A DNA stretch of 64,000 nt from Epiperipatus broadwayi (Eukaryota > Animalia > Onychophora). The position numbers and the translations under genes are program-made. Shown piece after piece: positions 54,291 through 64,000 of the stretch; positions within the stretch are counted from its first letter, which is position 1; each line of letters opens with the position of its first letter. The notes below the pieces were generated by a model. The model saw nothing but the letters and a program-made list of their open reading frames with translations. It made no database searches and was not told the origin of the DNA. The stretch covers positions 9,982,001 through 10,046,000 of the forward strand of contig JAQFVV010000010.1 of assembly GCA_028023455.1 (NCBI GenBank), written 5' to 3'.

Positions 54291-54948
54291 CTGTTTTTTT
54301 GCTAGTAGAAAAAGTAGTCTTTATATTAAAACAAGAAAGTCTTAAGTAGGGGTTACTGATAAAATAAGTAGAAGACTTTCTTGTTTTAATATAAAGACTA
54401 CTTTTTCTACTGGCAAAAAAATGGGTGATTTTTTTATATAAACCTAAAGACAGAATATTTTTGGAACACCAAGGAGTTTATGAAATTCCATGTTTGCAGT
54501 GCTTAAGAAGCTATGTGGGTCATTCTAATAGATGAATAAATGTCAGAATTAAGGAACATAGAAATGCTTTTAATCAAAAAATTAACACATCAGTTTTTAC
54601 TTCTCATTTTTTAAAAATTGGTCACAAACCTGATTTTGACAATACAAAAATACTTGCAAATTTGGAGCAATATGATTTAAGAACCATGAGAGAGTCAATT
54701 GAAATATTAAAGAGACCTACTGGTTTAAATAGGGCTGATAAAGCACAACGTATTCCAGCTATGTGGAAACCTCTCATTTTATCTAATATTAACTTGAAAT
54801 TAACAGGTGGAAAAACTGAGGGAAATAAACATGTTGATAAGCCTTATATTGTGGATGCTGAACTACTTCAAGTTGAATCGCACTTCTCATCTCGCACTGA
54901 GTCACGTTATTCGTTGAGATCTAACGAGATTGTTCTTTCAAAAGTTAA

Positions 54949-54986
54949 CCTTGATAATGGCGGTTGCTAGTCTGTCGAAATATCAG
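54949..54986 (+). ncRNA. Minimal hammerhead with U3-A8 core, second arm
   Basis: CC TTGATAA T GGCGG TTGCTAGT CTGTC GAAA TA TC AG; helix I has a mismatch. Confidence 0.65.
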
Positions 54987-55121
54987 ATTGAAATGCAAAA
55001 TTATACACGGTTTGTACCTAAAAACATTGGATTATATATATATATAGTTTATTTAAAATAAGGAATTCAAAATCTCTTAAATCTAATGTATTTGACTAAT
55101 AAATATTCTAATACACACTAG

Positions 55122-55222
55122 TGCTACTACTGCTGATACTGCTATTGCTATTGCTGCTGATACTACTACTACTAACTACTACTACTATTTTTTATTCTTC
55201 TTCTGCAACTCCTCCCCTCCTC

Positions 55223-55304
<82 letters not shown>
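55122..55304. repeat. Compound microsatellite (CTA/CTG)...(CAT)12(TAT)14
   Basis: Read directly; explains the poly-Ile/Met ORFs. Confidence 0.95.
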
Positions 55305-55305
<1 letters not shown>

Positions 55306-58300
55306 AGAACCTGCTAGTACAATGGTAAAATGCCAGATCCTGAAGCATAAAGTTCTTGGACCAATTCCAGTTCTACCACTTCCAATGCTCAAATTTCTTA
55401 CGAACTCCCAAGCAATAAAGCCATTTAATAATTATCATTAAATAAAGTTTTTACATTTATCTGATCTATCCTATGATTACAATTCCTAGAGATCAAAAAA
55501 GTATCACAAATATCATGTAATATATGTTACCATTTCCGATGAAAAGATCACAGAGACAAGAGCAAAAGGATGTCAAAAAATGATTGATCTTAGTGGTCAT
55601 ATTCAATATTCTATACTTTTCAAAAAATGATGCATAGTGTTTGGAGAATATTTGATTGATTTTAAAAAATAGTATTGAAAAAAGTAAAACTCATAAATCA
55701 TCATTTAAGCATGAATAATTGTTTGGGTACTAGATAGTAATAGCAAACTGATTTCCAGATTACTTCCAGTAAATAGTATAATTTTGTACTGCAGCCATTT
55801 ACAGCTTTCAAAATATTGGAATTATTAACTTTAATAATGAAATAGTAATGAAGGATGGCCATATGAAATTGTGTTTTTTAATAAGGAAGTCAAATATGCA
55901 GAAACTAGTTAAATTTCACTTTGATTTTTTTATCTTATAGCCAATGATTATTCATGTTTACATGAATGACTAATGAAGACAGAATGCAAAGTTCAGTGCT
56001 GTAAATAAAAATCTGATTAAATGTGAACAAATGTGTAATTTTCCTTTGGATTTATAGTTTTATCTCTCCATCAACATTAAATTTATTATTAAATAATTTT
56101 TATATATTATTATTTTTAAATAAACTTAAGAATTAACTATTCTGACCTGTCATGCAAATAGTTTGCACAAAATCAACTAAATTTATGGAAATTTAAAAGC
56201 AAAGATTATATATAGGAGAAGCTTCTTTATGACTTCCAATTTATTAGTTACAAGTCTCTAATTATTTTTATAAATTACTAAATATAATATAACTATATTA
56301 ACTTTTTGGGAAAATAGCAAAGTATATATAAGCTAGGCCTATTACACATACAGTCTTTTCAACTACAATTGCATCTTTTGAAAATATATATTTACTTCTG
56401 TTTGCCATAGAAACATCATATAGGCAGCATGGCCATGTTTTGTAAAAAAAAAAAAAAAGTACATGAAGAAATGACTATCACTTATGCCAACGTTGCTAAA
56501 CTTCTAGTGGAGACAAATAATATTACAGATTCCAACTGAGATACCAATAAGAAGCAAAATACAACATCCAGATTTCATAAGACTGCATTGAAAACCATTA
56601 TAAACTTAATCTTTTTGTGGACACAGCTTTAAAAAATAACATAAGCTCATCTACAACATTGATTGACAAAATGCTATAAAAAATTTCAGTTAAATTTAAT
56701 TCATTAATATCTAGAGAATTATATGGTTTTTCATTAATACAAACTCTTAGTTTAACTATAACTGATACTACATAGTCATTATATAAATTTCTACATAAAT
56801 TATTATATGATCTCAGCACATACAATATGTGGATGGGTTTGTCACTAGATGAACAATGGAATCACCCTTATTTTGTTATGGAATTTATGATACAAAGCAA
56901 CAAAACAGATTCAAAAGACAAACTACAATGCTTAGAAATTATATACTAGTTATGTTCAATCAACAGATAAAACATAATTACTGAGATATTTAAAAAGGTT
57001 TATTTACACGATATGATATAAGATTTTAAAAAGCTAATAAAGTTAGTAATGTTGTTGATCTACAATCAATTTACCATAAAGATACACCAATTCCTACATT
57101 TGACAATAGCTATGTGCTTAGAGTCAGGCTACATAATAACATTAATCCACAAAATGTACCAACACAAATTACAGATCAAGAAACAATATTGTTAATATTT
57201 GTTAGAGGAATCAAACATTAATGTGATTAATATGACCTCCATAAATAATTAGCAATGAACTGTGTTAATGTATGAGGCAAGGGTTGTAATATAATTAACA
57301 TAAGCACATATTTATGCACAAAAGATAAACCTCAGATGGATATAGATAAGGTTGTCATTAAAAGAAAAACAATCTAGAAATAAAAAAAATAGAATTTGAT
57401 ATATGTTAGAATAATAATCACACACACAACAAAACAATATAAGGATTACATATCAAAAGAGATAAATGACATTATAATTCTGTATATGCCACAAGTTCAT
57501 ATAAATAGTGAGGCCAGCAAAGGAAAATCTAGCTACCAAGATAGAAATGTGGAGGCAAAAAGCAAAATACATTACAGTACACCAGCAAAAATAAAGTAAT
57601 TTCAAAAAAATTCTTGATCCTGAATGATGATGAATTTCAAAGATATCTCAGATAATGACCTATTGAACTATAGAATAGCAATTACATTTCACATATGGCA
57701 TGATAATTACTATATAGCTCAGGCATTTCTATTTCATAGTGCTTATCTAGCACCCATCAACAATATAACACATTACCACACAATGATATATTAGCAACAG
57801 AAATAGATAAATTAATATAGCATAAAATCTTCAACATTACATATGGAATTAAAAATAAATTATATTAAAAAAATAATGCCACAATTCATTCAATAATTAA
57901 ATTTATTCCAAAGGCTTGCTTTTCAGAAATAAGAAGTTTAACATTTATACTCTATGTTCTTGGTGCACAAAATGCATTTTCCTTTATAACAATAATACTA
58001 GAAGACCCTAACACATTTAAAAGTAAACTGAATGCAATAAACAGAGAAAAAAACTAATTACATCATCAGACATATATGCAATTACATAGTCTTAAAAATA
58101 AATATGCTCCAAGCTATAGTGAGATGTGCTAACTATGTTCCCTAATTTAATGCAAATATACATGGAATGTGGAAATAATGTATATGCAATGTATTATGTT
58201 TGTAAGTTGTAAATTTTTGATTTCTTTGTAATGCTGACTTTGTTAAGTGTATCAATGGACTCTCTCTTTATTAATCTGTAATATCCCATTAAATGCGAAA

Positions 58301-58964
58301 AAGGACTGAAAACTAAAAAAAAAAAAACAGAATATAAATTTATTCATTTACATAATGATGAATAATTTTTATGAGAATGCATTTGTTCATTAGCAAAAAA
58401 TTTAAAAAATTAGAAATAAAACATTTTTAGAAGTAGGCTAATAAATTATGTTTCTAAATATGCATTCATTTGCATTACTATATATTAAACTAATCAAAAA
58501 TTTATTCAGTTATCGATTTCTCAAACAGTCAAATGATATGTTGGATACAAATAAATTGATATAAAGAAGACCATTTATTTTACTCAACTGACAATTAACC
58601 TAGGAACCTTTAGCTTTTGAGACTTCATATCTTACTATAATCAGAAAGATTACAGCAAAGAACATAAGTTTTATAGCATTTATTAAAACATATTTTTTAT
58701 ACAACACAGTATTGATCTGTAAGTAGTTTGTACAATTTGTTTATCAGTTGAAATATCGGGTATACAAAAGAATCAAGCCCTGAATTAGGCATCACAAGTA
58801 AGAGTTGGCTTATATAAAAGGATATGTGATTTACTTATTCTTTTAAAACTTCTCATTTATGGATGCGTGTAGGCAAATTCATACATTTAAAATTAAGCAG
58901 TGCATGTGTGAAGAGTGATTTCCTTTTCAATACTTAAAAACAGATTTGTAAAAAGTGCATGTAA

Positions 58965-59006
<42 letters not shown>

Positions 59007-59030
59007 CATCATCATCATCATCATCATCAT
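58965..59030. repeat. Compound microsatellite (AAT)n(CAT)8
   Basis: Read directly. Confidence 0.95.
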
Positions 59031-61189
59031 TAAAATACTCAAACTGCAATATTCACAAGTTATAATTGCCCAGCACTGAATTCCAACTTTTAGTTTAAAA
59101 TCTAGTCTAATAATGTTTCTGTTTAACCAAATATATAATTTGTTTTTTCATATTTTTTTCATAATATTTATCTATTACTTTTACTTTTTTAATCTTTGCT
59201 AAATATTAAAGTAAATACTAAAATAGTATTATTTATTAGAATCTGTTTAAATTCAAACTGTTATCACACAAATATAATAAAGTTTGACAATCAATTTGTT
59301 AAACTAAAATCCACCTTGAAGTAAATTAATCTAAGTATTATATTAAAATTAATTGGAATGTTAAAGCAAATTAGCAATATAATTAAAATTTTTCCTATTT
59401 AATAATGATTAAAATTTTAAAAACTGGAAAACAATCAACAATAATACAAATATGTTATAAACTTTGGAAGAAAAGAGCGGAACCACTCTTTACTTCAATC
59501 TACTTTCTATATGAATAGGCGAAACTAAAGCATTTAGATCTGAGAGCATGAAGCTATTCAATACTTCACTGATTAAGTCCACAATTCCTATTACACATTA
59601 GTACTCACAAAATCTTTCAATTTACAATGAGTTAATGGAAATATTTTATAGTTAGAAATCTATTACGATAATTTAAAGAGGTCCCTATCTTCGCATTTTT
59701 AGGCACATACTCTTGAGGTTCACAACCTTAATAAAATATTACTTACATAATGTATATGTGCTTAATAAATTTATAGTTATAAACTTTCGGAACAGCCAAT
59801 CTACTGAAAATATAAAGTAATAAAAAAGACATGATAATCTAGGAAATATTTACTTAGACAATCCAAGTTGTATTAACATTCTCGTAATAGTCTAGCTAAT
59901 GTTAAAAATCTATATTTCTTTTCTAATATTAGAATTTGGATAGATTATATTATGTGTGCAATACATATGATAAACTGTTACATATATAATGACTAAATGT
60001 GCCTACTTAAATCCAATAGTTCATCTAATATTTTTACTATTAAATATTTATAATTGTTTACTAAAGATGTACTGGACCAATTATGATATAACTAACAAAA
60101 CCCTATACTCATGGTTTGTTAATTATAAATTTTTTATATGTAAATGAATATATTTTTAACATAGTTTTGATTATAATTTTAAAATGATATTATATATCAC
60201 ATCTAAATATTTGTAATATCAATTTTGTATTTAATAAATAGTATCAAGTATATTTATCAGGCACACATAAAACAGTAAAAAAAAACATTTTCTATGGTTT
60301 TTACCTAAATTACATTTTGCTATAATAAAGAAATTTATATTCAATGGTTCTAAATTACGGATATCATTTTATATACTAAGATCTATCCAGATACCTTTAC
60401 CATAATCAATAACTATAATTTACACACCCTAATAATAAATTGGTTCAACTTTGACTGTTTAGGTCTTCATTGAATATTAATAGCTTTCTTCATCTTCAAT
60501 CAGATATTTTCTGCAATATTCTATCAGTTGACACCAAATTCACTTCAAATCTTATTAATATTCATCAAATAATCTTCAGTTAGTTTCTGACCATTTAGTA
60601 TCTGTTTATTAGTAAGAATCTCATGATACAACAATATGCTACTAATATAACTATATGCTAGGTTTGAAAATAGAAATTTTGTTTTCAGGTGGCTAAAATA
60701 ATAGTCAGTAATGGATAAAACAAAAATAAAAAAGATATTCAAATTTTCATCTGATGGCAAACCTGATAACCACTATCTTTTCTTTCAGTATTTCTCTTAG
60801 AAGTTTTTGTCTGGTAGTAGAATATTTAAAGCTTATTTTATTTTTTGCTTATATAATTTAGAAAATTAAAAATAGTGACTGCTTAGCAGAAGAAAATAGC
60901 AAATGAAAGTGAAATGTGTCTATATCATTTTAAATTTAAATTCAGGGTTCATAATAATCCATAACCCAATTTCCAATCTAGTTAAAACTTTGTTTACATA
61001 AACATTACTAATGACGACACAATGTCTTTAATGTTGGCAAATCATTTTAGCAAAAACTGAATGAAAAATTTAAATTTCTGATTTTATATTTAACATGGAT
61101 GCTAATAATTTCTAGCAGCACTTTTTGTAATTTAAAACTGAATAATTCACTGAAAACTGGATCAGATAATTTTTTTATTATAAGCTTTT

Positions 61190-61393
61190 ATAATATTCAT
61201 TAAGGCTGTAGCTTCAAGCACATGCGTATAAAATGCGATAGTAGGGACCTCTACAGGTCTTAAAACCACAAGCTTACTCATTGGAAGAAAAGAGGGGAAC
61301 AATGAGTAAGCTTGTGGTTTTAAGACCTGTAGAGGTTCCTACTATCACATTTTATATGCATGTGCTTGAGGCTACAGCCTTAATGAATATTAT
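61190..61393. repeat. Near-perfect hairpin (93-bp arms, 4 transitions, 18-nt loop)
   Basis: 61190-61282 vs the reverse complement of 61301-61393. Confidence 0.9.
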
Positions 61394-61666
61394 TTATGTA
61401 ATCAATGTGTGTTTAAATAAATTTATAATTATAAGCTTTTATTTAACTGACCCTGCTTTTAGTCTTCCTGTCTAGATAAAACTTTGTACTCAATTTTCAA
61501 CCACTTCTGAATTTCTGATCTGTAATATATAAAACTCCAAAGTAGAAAATAAAAAATATTCTTAAATTTTTTTCAGCTTTTACAAATAAAAGCATAAATT
61601 GATCATGTTCAGAAATACTCTTAGATATACTTTACATAAATAAAAATTAGATATATTTTTTCTATA

Positions 61667-62794
61667 TACAAAAATGTGTCAAAAATTATCTGCAGTCAGG
61701 TTACATTAAAACTTCTATTAACTGCATTATGTTATCAGTACTAACCATATAAACTTACTGTCTTCCCAGTCACTACTGTATAGTTTTGAATTTGTTACAT
61801 CAATTAAAATGTGTTTATAGTCTGAAAAAAACTGCTCCAGTAGTGATTTTCACAAAAGAAGAGCTGTATGCAGCAATTCATTTTTAATGTTTAAGAATGT
61901 ATCTGGTGCTGTTAATTATCAAAGACTTTATACACAGTATGGAAAAAGTGAAATGCATAAATGAATTGAGAAGTTCAAGGAATGTTTCACAAGTGTCAGT
62001 CGTGGAGAATAAACTGGGCACTCATATATACCCATGACTGATAACAACATTAGGTATGCATGTGACTTGATTCTGCTGGATATATGAGCAACAGTGGATT
62101 ATATGGGAAATCATTTGCAAATGATCCATGGCTCTGCCTATTAAATAACCCATGTGTACTGAAATAACCCTCAAAAGAGCACAAATAGAAGTGGTGAACA
62201 TCTGTAAACAAAATTTGGAGTGATACTCTAAGAAAGTTGGAAGTTTCTCAATAAGAATCACTACTAAGGATGAGACTTATTATGAGCATGAAAGAAATAG
62301 TAGGGTATAAAATGGAAATATCTTCAATCACCAACTAAGAAAAATTCAAAAGTCAGCTATAAAAATTAGTACAGTTTTCTGGTATTCTCAATGGATAATA
62401 TTGAAACATTATCAGGAAAAGAATTAAAACAATCAGCAATTCTAGCTGAAATCTAAAATTTGGATAAAATGCAAAGAACTATTATCTGGGACATTGCAAG
62501 ACAATGCATGTCTATGCATAATTATCTATATTGTTCAAACTTTCCAAAAACTTGGTTTAAAGATGTTGGAGCATCCTTCTTATATTTCTGATCATGACCT
62601 AATGAACTATTACCTATAAAAACTCAGCCCAAAAACATTTTTAATGATAAAATACAAATGTTTGTTGACAGATGGACAAAGTCTGTTGAAAATCATGTAG
62701 ATTATGTCAAAAATGATGTATTTGTCTTTTTTAAAAGTTGATTAAAATAAATTTTACAGCCAGAATACAGATAATTTTGAATTCACTCTTGTGC
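61667..62794 (+). mobile_element. Mariner transposon, near full length, heavily decayed
   Basis: TIR-like tgtcaaaaattatctgca and ataattttgaattcactcttgt; remnants WIEKFK-like, HLQMIHGSAY, ITTKDET, LQDNA, HPSY, DRWTKSVENHVDYVK. Confidence 0.85.
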
Positions 62795-62981
62795 ATAGTA
62801 ATAAAATGATGAATAATATTAAATTAAACATGTTAATTTGTAATTCTTGCTTGATAAGAATCCCATAAAAATTAATAGAAAGTGAAACTAAAACCTATTT
62901 TTAAATATGAATATGGCATGTTTTTATTTATGAAAGTTGAAGAAAAAATTATTTTTTGCCTTTTAGTGCATTTATGTTTTT

Positions 62982-63088
62982 GTCAAGTGTTGGTGGTCGA
63001 GTGGTCAGCACAGCTGCCTTACAAGCAGTTTCCTGGGTTTGTGGGTTTGCTTCCCGGCCGATGCTTTGACACATAAAAGAAAAAAAAA
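62982..63088 (+). mobile_element. tRNA-Gly(TCC)-derived SINE or pseudo-tRNA, second copy
   Basis: gtgttggtggtcgagtggtcagcacagctgccttacaagcagtt...ttcccggccgatgc, followed by an A tail. Confidence 0.7.
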
Positions 63089-63219
63089 GCATTTATTGTA
63101 AAAAGTATTTTATATTTGTTATTTACTACTTCAAACATTCTTTCATTCCCATTTACAAAATTTTCTTTTTAGAACTTTCATTAAATTTTATTTGTTATGT
63201 AATAATATTTCAAAACAAA

Positions 63220-63510
63220 GCAAAACTCTCCATATAGTAGTGCCATCTTGTGCTAACAAGAGCAATCAATGGATGCCAGAAGGCTTGTGCATAAAATCCC
63301 TATCTAGTGCCTACTCATCCAATATCCCCAGACTAGTTGCTGGCTTGTGGCCTTCATCATTAAGGAGCCTTGGATCTGAGAGCACTGCACCTAGATCTTA
63401 GGATCTAATGCAACCCTCCAGCACCCACCTATAAGGAGAGATTTTGCTTTGTTTTGAATTGTTTAATAACAATTATGTGCTAGTATGAGATAGTGATCAT
63501 GTGATGTTTA
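63220..63510 (-). mobile_element. Family A element with decayed hammerhead
   Basis: Reverse complement at 63327-63367: ATGATGA A GGC CACAA GCC A GCAA CTAG TC TGGGG. Confidence 0.75.
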
Positions 63511-64000
63511 ATGTAATAATATTCTATTAATTAAAAGATTATTATTAATTGAATACAGTAATCTGTATTAAAAATATTTAAAACTGTATTTGTAAAGTTG
63601 AAATGCAGAACAAATGATTTTGCAATTAATCCCTTCCTCCTTCCAAGTTTGCTTGTTATTTAACTATATGGCTTTTAAGTATTTTATTCATTAATGATAT
63701 TAATAATTTACATAGTCAATTTACATGTTTGTTTTCTGTGATCTAAAACCAAAGCTTTGAAGTACCCCCCCCCCCACTCCATTTTCCTTGGCTTAATTTC
63801 AATCTAAGAATTGTTAGCGTAATCAGCATTCTTTCTATTTGTGGATCAACAATTAAAGGATAATAAGTTTATATAATTTAGTTTATTTAATGGGATATTA
63901 AATTACATAAAATTCCTTTAATTTATTTTATAGAAACATAAAAATTTTATATGCATTTTTCATTTATTTTTAAGTGAAGCTAATATTAAATCTTTAGTTT

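Larger units (their letters stand above)
53680..55036. mobile_element. Penelope-like element head-to-head palindrome (about 665-bp arms), each arm with endonuclease and hammerhead
   Basis: 53680-54343 is the reverse complement of 54372-55036 with scattered substitutions. Confidence 0.92.

Noticed and set aside
56450-57600. A-rich stretch resembling a decayed LINE ORF1
   Set aside because: No diagnostic motif could be read.
51191-59030. Three compound AAT/GAT-type microsatellites as a shared element tail
   Set aside because: Order and strand combinations differ and the flanks are unrelated.
63192-63401. ORFs inside repeats (also 39880-40125, 61281-61475, 2833-3033)
   Set aside because: They lie in non-coding palindromic families whose other copies do not keep the frame.
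1-64000. CRISPR array, rRNA or prokaryotic operon
   Set aside because: No regularly spaced repeat-spacer array, rRNA-like sequence or dense ORFs were seen.

Overview
Very AT-rich, repeat-dominated eukaryotic genomic DNA. The RPL26 pseudogene C-terminus and one LINE look arthropod, possibly chelicerate (inference). No intact protein-coding gene could be assembled, and most ORFs in the track are artefacts. Identifiable content: a processed RPL26 pseudogene; three Penelope-like (PLE) GIY-YIG endonuclease loci; decayed RTE, I/Jockey-like and CCHC-bearing LINEs; three hAT remnants; a mariner; a probable DIRS-like RT fragment; tRNA-derived SINEs; many long inverted repeats; and two CpG-enriched promoter-like patches. 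The main signal is about 21 type I hammerhead-ribozyme (HHR) motifs, intact or decayed, in at least five sequence families. Most have short palindromic helix III and many sit in head-to-head palindromes. One family carries a compensatory U3-A8 core, and another has an A/A opposition flanking helix II. All folds and alignments were read by eye and coordinates of decayed elements are approximate; no ribozyme activity is demonstrated.
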